A program made the translations under genes and the position numbers. Shown here piece after piece: positions 6,989 to 13,732 of a stretch of DNA of 13,732 nucleotides (within the stretch, counting starts at the first letter, position 1; each line of letters begins with the position of its first letter). Location: the NCBI GenBank assembly GCA_051382305.1, contig JBBCAV010000241.1:1-13732 (forward strand), read 5' to 3'. The stretch is from Bdellovibrionota bacterium FG-2 (lineage in GTDB: Bacteria > Bdellovibrionota > UBA1018). The notes beneath the pieces were generated by a model. The model had not been told where the DNA came from, searched no databases, and worked only from the letters and a program-made list of their open reading frames with translations.

Positions 6989-7285
6989 TCAAAATTCAAT
7001 AATTTCACAATCCTCGCTCATCACCCGCGCGACCGACGTCTCATCAATCGTATTGGTGATCTTCTCCAAGAAACTCTGCGCACTCGCATGTTTCCAAGTA
7101 TCGGGGATTACCGCTGCAAATCCAAGTACGCACCGCTCTAGCTCGTCAAAGTCCGCAATCTCGAGGGCCGAAAGATTGAACTTGCGGCGCAAGTCGGCAC
7201 AGACTTCATCGAGTTTGCGGTGTTTAAGGGCTAAATTGTCGTTGTTGAAAAAATCTAAGACGACTTTTCCGGCCGCAATACGCAC
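6989..7285 (-). CDS. DUF503 (YlxP-like) protein
   Basis: LKHRKL...LRRKFNLSALEIADFDELERCVLGFAAV matches the DUF503 pattern (LK.KR...L..KFNVS..E....D..QR..LG.A.V); 98 aa. Confidence 0.75.
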   Translation of the reverse strand: MRIAAGKVVLDFFNNDNLALKHRKLDEVCADLRRKFNLSALEIADFDELERCVLGFAAVIPDTWKHASAQSFLEKITNTIDETSVARVMSEDCEIIEF

Positions 7286-7290
7286 GTGAC

Positions 7291-8226
7291 TTATTCGATC
7301 GCCGTCAGCCAGCGAAGCGAGTAATCCGGAAACTCGCCGCGTACGATCTGCTGATACTCTTTTTGAAGTTTCGAAGCAACCGGACCCGGCTTGCCTGCGG
7401 TGGCACCAAAGCCAATGGGGCGGCCGTCGATCTCCTTGATTGGCGTGATCTCGGCCGCCGTTCCGGTCAGAAACACTTCATCCGCACACCACAACTCATC
7501 ACGGGTGAAACGGGCTTCTTTAATTTTGTGATTCTGACGCGTGAGGTGTTCAATGACGGTCTGGCGGGTGATTCCGTTGAGAATGGAAGTGAGGGGAGTC
7601 GTCTTGATAACACCTTCCTTCACCATGAACAGATTTTCGCCACTGCCTTCGGTCAAGAAACCTTCTGGATCCAGCAATAATGCTTCATCGTAACCAGCCG
7701 CCACGGCTTCACGTTTCGCCATGACGCCGTTGACGTATTGACCCGTGATCTTGCCTTTGGTCATCGCAGAGTTCACGTGCGGTCTGATGAAGCTTGAGAC
7801 TTTGAGGCGTGCTCCTTCATTGATTCCTTTGTCGCCTAAATAGCTGCCCCATTCCCAGTTGAGAATGGCGACGTCCACGGGAGGGTTGGCGCCGGGGTGA
7901 ACGCCCAAGGGCCCGTCGGCCGTAAAGATGATGGGTCGAATGTAGCACTCTTCAAATTTGTTGGCCTTGCAGGCGTCGGTGGCTGCACGGCAGAGATCGT
8001 CAAGCGAGTAGGGAATTTTGAGATCCAGGATCTTCGCGCTCTCAAGGAGTCGCTGCATATGCTCGCGGAGCCTAAAGACCGCGCCGCCGCCACGTTTTTG
8101 TTTGTAGGCGCGGATTCCTTCAAACGCCCCTAAGCCGTAATGAAGGCCATGAGTGAATAGGCTGATTTTTGCGTTTTCGACTGGAACGATTTTGCCGTTA
8201 TACCAAACGTGATTGCCGCGTGCCAT
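7291..8226 (-). CDS. ilvE: branched-chain amino acid aminotransferase (PLP class IV)
   Basis: HGLHYGLGAFEGIRAY, FRLREHMQRLLESAK, YIRP, PLP lysine in KGKITGQYVN, EGSGENLF, ILNGITR, ADEVFLTGTAAEITP. GAGGG RBS. Confidence 0.96.
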   Translation of the reverse strand: MARGNHVWYNGKIVPVENAKISLFTHGLHYGLGAFEGIRAYKQKRGGGAVFRLREHMQRLLESAKILDLKIPYSLDDLCRAATDACKANKFEECYIRPIIFTADGPLGVHPGANPPVDVAILNWEWGSYLGDKGINEGARLKVSSFIRPHVNSAMTKGKITGQYVNGVMAKREAVAAGYDEALLLDPEGFLTEGSGENLFMVKEGVIKTTPLTSILNGITRQTVIEHLTRQNHKIKEARFTRDELWCADEVFLTGTAAEITPIKEIDGRPIGFGATAGKPGPVASKLQKEYQQIVRGEFPDYSLRWLTAIE

Positions 8227-8241
8227 ATTCGTTGCCCTCTC

Positions 8242-9120
8242 TTAGGTTTTCCCGTTTTCCGGGGGTGCGTTCTCCATGGCCGCTAAAGGGGATAGCCTCC
8301 GAGCTGCCATAAGTTTAATAATCTCAGAAGCGGTTTCTTCCAAGGCTTTTCCGGTGACGTTGAAAATAGGCCAACGCCGATTCTTTCGAAAAAGCTCGTT
8401 TGCAAATTCAATTTCAGAATTAACCTTATCGGGATCGGCGTATTCGCCGCCGTGCTCGTGCCCCAGTCGCTCGAGTCTAGCGCGCCGAATCGTCGCGAGG
8501 TTCTCGGGGTTAATCGTGAGCCCAATCACGCGGCGCTGGTCGAGTTGGAAGACTTCTTTTGGAATTTCAAACCCTTGAATGAGCGGAATATTTGCAACCT
8601 TCCAACCCTGATGGGAGAGGTACATGGAAAGCGGCGTTTTTGAGGTGCGCGAAATTCCGAGGATTACCACATCTGCTTTGTCGAGTCCCGTAAGGTCGCG
8701 TCCGTCATCATGGGCGATGGTGAACTCCATGGCTTCGATTCGCTTGAAGTACTCTTCGTTGACGTCGTGCAATAATCCGGCGATGGCTTTAGGGGGATAG
8801 CCGAAATATCCGGCCAATCCGACGAGCAGGGGGCCGAGTAAATCCAGTGTTGGGATTGTGCGTTCCCGTGCTTTGTTGGCCAAAAATGCACGAAGTACCG
8901 GCGAGACGATCGTGTAGATGAGTAAGTCTTTTTTTACCGAGGCGTCTTCGCAGATCGCTTCAATTTGGACTTCGTTACGGACGTTTTTGTAGCGAGTAAA
9001 ATAGACGTTTTGCCCACTGAATTGCACCATGGCCGCTTTGGTCATTTGCGCGGCAGTTTCTCCGGTTCCATCGGAAACTAAAATAATCCGTCTGCTAGAA
9101 GGTGCTGCTTCTTTTGCCAT
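8242..9120 (-). CDS. ppsR: PEP synthase / pyruvate phosphate dikinase regulatory protein (DUF299 kinase/pyrophosphorylase)
   Basis: VSDGTGETA, YFKRIEAMEFTIAHDDG, ADVVILGISRTSKTPLSMYL, KVANIPL, TGKALEETA. ATG 9120 is preferred because GTG 9138 lies in the predicted -10. Confidence 0.93.
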   Translation of the reverse strand: MAKEAAPSSRRIILVSDGTGETAAQMTKAAMVQFSGQNVYFTRYKNVRNEVQIEAICEDASVKKDLLIYTIVSPVLRAFLANKARERTIPTLDLLGPLLVGLAGYFGYPPKAIAGLLHDVNEEYFKRIEAMEFTIAHDDGRDLTGLDKADVVILGISRTSKTPLSMYLSHQGWKVANIPLIQGFEIPKEVFQLDQRRVIGLTINPENLATIRRARLERLGHEHGGEYADPDKVNSEIEFANELFRKNRRWPIFNVTGKALEETASEIIKLMAARRLSPLAAMENAPPENGKT

Positions 9121-9136
9121 AATCTTTATGACTCGC

Positions 9137-9166
9137 ACTCTACTTCGGGGGGCTGGGATTTGTCAC
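9137..9166 (-). promoter_or_regulatory. putative sigma70 promoter for DUF299-ilvE-DUF503 operon
   Basis: Minus strand GTGACA (9166-9161) - 18 nt - TAGAGT (9142-9137). Confidence 0.5.
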
Positions 9167-9219
9167 GAGACTTCTTGTTATGAAGCTTTCTCAAAAAGTC
9201 ACTCACGTGGCGCTCGCGA

Positions 9220-10191
9220 TTAACGCAGCTGCTCCTGTGACGCGACAGGCGCCGAATAGAGAGTCTCAAACTCAGCCTTGAGTGCCGCGCCTTCTGCTTC
9301 CAGCATAAAGGTTTGGGCCTGTTTCATCCCCCGAAACCAAGTTCTTTGCTTCTTGGAGAGTTGACGAGTGGCAAGTTCGATCTCCTGCCGAAGCCCTTCG
9401 AGACCGGGGACAAACTTGCGCCCTTGGGGTACGGTGCCGTTGAGAAAATCGCGCACCTGCTTATAGCCCACAGATTCCAGTGCCCGGGCGCCAGGGTAGC
9501 TGGTAAGAAGTTCTTGAGCTTCCGAGACGAGTCCTGCATGAAGCATCATTTGAGTTCGCATCGAAATCCTCTGATCCGTCTCTTCTTTGGATCGATCAAT
9601 GACCCAAAGTTTCAGATCAGGATGGGGCGACGTATTTTGAGACGCGCTCACTGTGGTGAGGGTTTTTCCCGTCGCATGAATGATCTCAAGGGCTCGAATC
9701 AAGCGATAGCGATCGTGAGCCGTGATCCTCAGGGCGGACTCGGGGTCTTGGGCATAGAGCTGCGCGTAGAGTTTTGGAGGGCTGCACTGCTCGAGCTCTG
9801 CTCGAATCACAGGATCAGAAGCTGGCGCATCCCAAAGACCAAATATCAGCGCTTTAAGATAAAACCCTGTTCCTCCGACGATGAGCGCGCGATTTCCTCG
9901 TGCGTGAATTTCATGGATCGCCTCAAATGCATGCCTGACAAAATCCGCCGAACTAAAGGGTGCGTCAGGGGGACAAAGATCAATGAGATGATGAGGAATT
10001 CCTGCTTGTTCTTCTTTTGTGGGTTTTGCGGTTCCGATATTCATTTCGCGGTAAACGAGAAGGCTGTCCGCGTTGATGATTTCGATTCCACCGTGTGCGC
10101 GCGCAAAATCAATAGCTAGACCACTCTTGCCAGTTGCTGTGGGACCGGTGAGAATGGCGACGGGCAGAGAGAGGCGCGGGGCGAGGTTCAT
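9220..10191 (-). CDS. miaA: tRNA (adenosine(37)-N6)-dimethylallyltransferase
   Basis: GPTATGKS, EIINADSLLVYREMNIGTAKP, IPHHLID, VGGTGFYLKAL, DRYRLIRALEI, SVGYKQ, TRQLSKKQRTWF. ATG 10191 overlaps the mutL stop (ATGA), with GGAG upstream. Confidence 0.96.
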   Translation of the reverse strand: MNLAPRLSLPVAILTGPTATGKSGLAIDFARAHGGIEIINADSLLVYREMNIGTAKPTKEEQAGIPHHLIDLCPPDAPFSSADFVRHAFEAIHEIHARGNRALIVGGTGFYLKALIFGLWDAPASDPVIRAELEQCSPPKLYAQLYAQDPESALRITAHDRYRLIRALEIIHATGKTLTTVSASQNTSPHPDLKLWVIDRSKEETDQRISMRTQMMLHAGLVSEAQELLTSYPGARALESVGYKQVRDFLNGTVPQGRKFVPGLEGLRQEIELATRQLSKKQRTWFRGMKQAQTFMLEAEGAALKAEFETLYSAPVASQEQLR

Positions 10192-11978
10192 ACTCTCCGC
10201 AAGAACCATTCTTCAAGCCGAGCCCTGGGGACTTTGGCCAACGTGGGCCTCCCGTGCGGGCAGTTCCAGGGATGTTTGCACTGAAAGAGTCTTTTGAGCA
10301 AAGTTTGCGCCTCGAGCGTTTCAAGCTTATCACCCGCGCGAACCGAGGAGTGGCATGCTTGGCTGGCGAGTGCTTCAAACATGCGTTCGTCTTGTAAGAC
10401 GCTCTGGGCATCGAGCGTTGTGAGAAGCTCAGGTTCAGTGACGCGACCCACGAGGTTTCGAAGTCGCACCCTTAAATCTCGATCGCCCCATCCGGCAGGA
10501 ACGCCGCGGAAAAGGAGCGACTGATCGCCAAACCCTTCGACATCAAAACCCGTGGCATTTAGAAGAGCCATGGTTTTTTCAAGGCCCTGAGGATTGTCAT
10601 TAAAGGACGGGGGAAGAGGGACTGATTCAGGAATCAGGAGGGCCTGCGAGTGAATTTCTCCAGTCATAAAACGGCTATGAAGTTCTTCATAGCGAATGCG
10701 CTCGTGTGCAGCGTGCTGATCCAGAAGTCCCAGTTCCTGACCTAAGTCAAAAAGAAGGTAAGTATTAAACAAAGAGCCGACATAGTTTCCAGGGGAAAAA
10801 CCCAGGCCGTTTGACTCTGGGGCTGCCACGGCCGGCGGCTCCGTCTGGCTCAACGAAAGATCGGTTGGTGGTGGGGGCGAAGATGGCATATCAGAAAGAG
10901 TAGGGCTCAACCAAGAAGTGGGTTCCGCTTGTGCTCCCGTGTCGCGCGCCTGAAACACAAAGCGGGGATGTGAGCTAGGGACATGCACGGGGGCTCCATG
11001 GCGGTTGACCAAGGATCCCACGAGTGCATGGATCGCAGAGAAGATTTTGCCCGAATTTAGAAACCTGACTTCCGATTTCGTTGGGTGCACGTTGACGTCA
11101 AGTTCAGAAGGATTGACCTCGATAAAAACCCCAATCGCTGGAAACTGACCGGGCAGAAGAAGTTGCCGAAAAGCGCCTAAAATCGCCTGCTGAATCATGC
11201 GATCCCGTGTCGCCCGGCCATTAACGACTTGTATGATTTTTCGTGCCTGCGGCAAGCTCACACCCTGAAGCCAATGCAGCCGCATCGGCCCTTCGGTGAC
11301 TGAGATCATCGGGGAGTCAGAATTATCGGTGAGCACCGCCCGAATACGGGCTGCTTCACTACTCGAGCGCACCGAAAAGATGGTTTTCGTTTCACTCAAC
11401 AGTCTAAATCCTGTTTGCGGATGCGAGGCCGCGAGTCGCTCCATCCAATCTCGTACTTGAGAGACTTCAGCGCCTTGGGATTTAAGAAACTTAAGGCGTG
11501 CAGGAACCTGAGAAAACAAGCCACGCGCTTGAATCCTTGTCCCATGGGGGCTGCCCAGGTAATCTCCAAAAGTCACAGGCTCGGGGCCGCTCCAGTTGCG
11601 AGAGGTGCCACGGATTTCATAGGCGCCTTGTCCATCTTGGGGCGTAGACAGCAGTGAAATATCGGTCACGGCTGCGATACTGGCGAGCGCTTCGCCGCGA
11701 AAACCTAAGGAGTGCAGGGTCTCAAGTTCCTGAATTGTACTGAGTTTGCTTGTCGCATGTCTTTGGATACTTAGGGCCAGATCGGAGGCACTCATTCCAA
11801 AACCGTTATCAAGGACTTCAATGAGGGATTTACCCCCGTCTTCGAGCAAAACGCGCACTTCGGTGGCGCCGGCGTCGAGACTGTTCTCCACGAGCTCTTT
11901 GACCACGCTTGCGGGGCGCTCGATCACCTCGCCAGCGGCGATTTTTTCGGCGACCGAAGGATCTAGGAGTTTAATCAT
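10188..11978 (-). CDS. mutL: DNA mismatch repair endonuclease MutL
   Basis: KIAAGEVIERPASVVKELVENSLDAGAT, DNGFGM, RHATSK, LGFRGEALASI, DVNVHPTKSEVRF, DQHAAHERIRYE, QALLIP, ACH, CPHGRP. Confidence 0.97.
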   Translation of the reverse strand: MIKLLDPSVAEKIAAGEVIERPASVVKELVENSLDAGATEVRVLLEDGGKSLIEVLDNGFGMSASDLALSIQRHATSKLSTIQELETLHSLGFRGEALASIAAVTDISLLSTPQDGQGAYEIRGTSRNWSGPEPVTFGDYLGSPHGTRIQARGLFSQVPARLKFLKSQGAEVSQVRDWMERLAASHPQTGFRLLSETKTIFSVRSSSEAARIRAVLTDNSDSPMISVTEGPMRLHWLQGVSLPQARKIIQVVNGRATRDRMIQQAILGAFRQLLLPGQFPAIGVFIEVNPSELDVNVHPTKSEVRFLNSGKIFSAIHALVGSLVNRHGAPVHVPSSHPRFVFQARDTGAQAEPTSWLSPTLSDMPSSPPPPTDLSLSQTEPPAVAAPESNGLGFSPGNYVGSLFNTYLLFDLGQELGLLDQHAAHERIRYEELHSRFMTGEIHSQALLIPESVPLPPSFNDNPQGLEKTMALLNATGFDVEGFGDQSLLFRGVPAGWGDRDLRVRLRNLVGRVTEPELLTTLDAQSVLQDERMFEALASQACHSSVRAGDKLETLEAQTLLKRLFQCKHPWNCPHGRPTLAKVPRARLEEWFLRRV

Positions 11979-11981
11979 ATG

Positions 11982-12905
11982 TTAAGTCGCAACAACGACG
12001 CGATTTCTTCCGCCCGTTTTTGCAGAATAGAGGGCTTTGTCAGTTGTTTTTAGGAGTGTTTGCGGCGAATCCATCTCAGCGGTGAGTTCTGCCACGCCAA
12101 GACTCGTTGTCACCGATAAACGTTTGCCTTCGTAAACAAAAGCGTGTGCTTCGACCGCAGCCCGAATGCGCTCAGCAATATCAGAGGCTTGCTGGGCGTT
12201 GGTCTTCGCCAGCAGAATCACAAACTCTTCGCCGCCGTAGCGGGCAAAAACGTCTTTGGGTCTCAAATAGGAGGAACGCACGAGCTGGGTAAACTCTTTG
12301 AGGACATAATCGCCGGCGTCGTGGCCGTAAGTGTCGTTTACTTTTTTGAAATGATCGAGATCAAAAAAGATCATTGAAAAATCAGTGTGCAGCGCTTTGG
12401 CTCGTTTGAACTCCGAATCCAGGGCCTCAAGCAGATAACCTTTGTTGTAAATCTGAGTCATCGGATCCGTGTTTTTACCTAAGTCCATTTCGCCCCAGGC
12501 AAGGGTTTCAAATTCTCCTGCGGGAAGAAACTTCAAGATAAAGTTTCCCAGCTTCACCATGTCCTCTTTTGCGAGCGTCATAGGCGTGTTGGCCGTCACT
12601 CTTTTGTCGTTGATAAAAGAGCCGTTGGAGGAGCCTAGGTCGGTTAAAATAACTTTGCCGGTCTTCTTTTCGATGCGCGCGTGTTTTCGCGAAATACTCT
12701 GATCAGACAAGCTGATGTCGGCGGCGGGGTCTCGGCCAATAAACATTTCGTTTTGGGTCAGAAAAAACCGATGGCCTTGGGGGGTTCCACGAATGATGAT
12801 GAGGCAGGCTTCTTGCTCTTTGGCTTTTTGAATGTCGCGATTAAGGGTGGTGCCTTCGCCTTGAAGTACGGTTGTTTTGTCCCCACCTTCGTTTTTAGAA
12901 TCCAT
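11982..12905 (-). CDS. dgcB: FHA-GGDEF diguanylate cyclase, DgcB-like
   Basis: FHA motifs IGR, SISRKHA, DLGSSNGSFIN; GGDEF domain TDPMTQIYNK, DLDHFKKVNDTYGHDAGD, RPKD I-site and ARYGGEEF. The N-terminal tail with DKTTVL resembles the DgcB tail. Orthology is inferred by recollection of the family, not by search. Confidence 0.9.
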   Translation of the reverse strand: MDSKNEGGDKTTVLQGEGTTLNRDIQKAKEQEACLIIIRGTPQGHRFFLTQNEMFIGRDPAADISLSDQSISRKHARIEKKTGKVILTDLGSSNGSFINDKRVTANTPMTLAKEDMVKLGNFILKFLPAGEFETLAWGEMDLGKNTDPMTQIYNKGYLLEALDSEFKRAKALHTDFSMIFFDLDHFKKVNDTYGHDAGDYVLKEFTQLVRSSYLRPKDVFARYGGEEFVILLAKTNAQQASDIAERIRAAVEAHAFVYEGKRLSVTTSLGVAELTAEMDSPQTLLKTTDKALYSAKTGGRNRVVVAT

Positions 12906-12920
12906 GGCGTCTTACCTTTC

Positions 12921-13732
12921 TTAAGTTTCTCGGGCCAGCGCGCGCGCAATCACGGTTCGCTGGACTTGATTGGCGCCTTCAACGATTTGGAGAACTTTGG
13001 CTTCTCTCATGTAGCGCTCCACCGGGAAGTCTTGCGTATACCCCGATCCCCCCAGCACTTGGACGGCATCTGTCGTAATCTTCATAGCTGAATCAGAAGC
13101 GAAGAGCTTTGCCATGGAGGCTTGTTTTGAAAACGGTTTGCCCTCATCGCGCAGCCATGCGGCCTGCGAAACTAGTAAACGGGAAGCTTCAAGGGTGGTT
13201 GCCATGTCGGCCAGCATGAAGGAAATTCCTTGAAAATCCATCAGGGGTTTTCCAAATTGTTGCCGCTCGCAGGCATGGTTTCTTGCGACGTTTAGCGCCG
13301 ATCGTGAAATTCCGACGGCGGAGGCTCCAATCGTGATTCGTCCGCCATCGAGCGCACTCATGGCGACTTTGAATCCTTCGCCTTCTTCGCCAATGCGGTT
13401 TTTAACGGGAATTTTGACATCCTCGAGAATGAGTTCCATGGTGTGGGATGTGTGGCAGCCCATTTTTTTCTCGCGCTTGCCGGTGGTGAAGCCTGCCATG
13501 CTTTTTTCGAGAATAAAGGCCGAAACACCTTTGGGGCCAGGGCCACCGGTGCGGGCCATGAGGATGAGGGTTTCAGAAATCCCCCCTTGAGTAATCCACA
13601 GCTTGGTGCCATTCACGATGTAGTGATCGCCTTCGCGTTTCGCGCTCGTGCGAAGGCTGCCGGCATCTGAGCCCGATGATGCTTCTGACAGTCCAAACGC
13701 GCCAATGGTCTCGCCTTTCGCCAATCGAGGGA
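12921..13732 (-). CDS. acyl-CoA dehydrogenase (short/branched-chain type), 5' end outside the window
   Basis: The frame is open to the window edge (...PRLAKGETIGAFGLSEASSGSDA); NGTKLWITQG, ALDGGRI, RQQFGKP, ASMAKLFA, GGSGY, ERYMREAKVLQIVEGANQVQR with catalytic Glu. Confidence 0.96.
   Translation of the reverse strand, partial: PRLAKGETIGAFGLSEASSGSDAGSLRTSAKREGDHYIVNGTKLWITQGGISETLILMARTGGPGPKGVSAFILEKSMAGFTTGKREKKMGCHTSHTMELILEDVKIPVKNRIGEEGEGFKVAMSALDGGRITIGASAVGISRSALNVARNHACERQQFGKPLMDFQGISFMLADMATTLEASRLLVSQAAWLRDEGKPFSKQASMAKLFASDSAMKITTDAVQVLGGSGYTQDFPVERYMREAKVLQIVEGANQVQRTVIARALARET

Noticed and set aside
9313-10119. 268-aa plus-strand ORF antisense to miaA
   Set aside because: Lies entirely opposite a conserved gene and has no recognisable motifs; most likely a shadow frame.
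10800-10990. Pro/Ser-rich low-complexity segment in mutL
   Set aside because: This is the normal variable linker between the MutL N- and C-terminal domains, not an intein or insertion.
1027-13670. Numerous 60-136 aa alternative-frame and antisense ORFs in the track
   Set aside because: All overlap well-supported genes and show no family motifs.

Overview
Bacterial chromosomal window, probably from a Bdellovibrionota-like organism (inferred from an FHA-GGDEF protein closely resembling Bdellovibrio DgcB). The left half (1-6900) is an accessory mosaic. It holds a DUF4258/YgiT-zinc-finger toxin-antitoxin-like pair (the zinc-finger gene is missing from the ORF track), a divergently transcribed AAA_14/DUF4143 ATPase-HTH-nuclease with operator-like palindromes over its promoter, a System II cytochrome c maturation pair (ResB/CcsB + CcsA), a Phd-VapC TA pair, and an orphan secreted protein with ADP-ribosyltransferase-like motif order. 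The right half is a minus-strand housekeeping block: acyl-CoA dehydrogenase (partial) - FHA-GGDEF diguanylate cyclase - mutL - miaA, then DUF299 kinase/pyrophosphorylase - ilvE - DUF503. No RNA genes, CRISPR arrays, transposases or integrases were recognised. The best novelty candidates are the putative secreted ART-fold effector (6116-6892), the DgcB-like cyclase with a conserved phospho-Thr tail and its gene neighbours, and the palindrome-covered, near-leaderless promoters of the accessory genes. All calls are by-eye motif recognition; no database searches were run.
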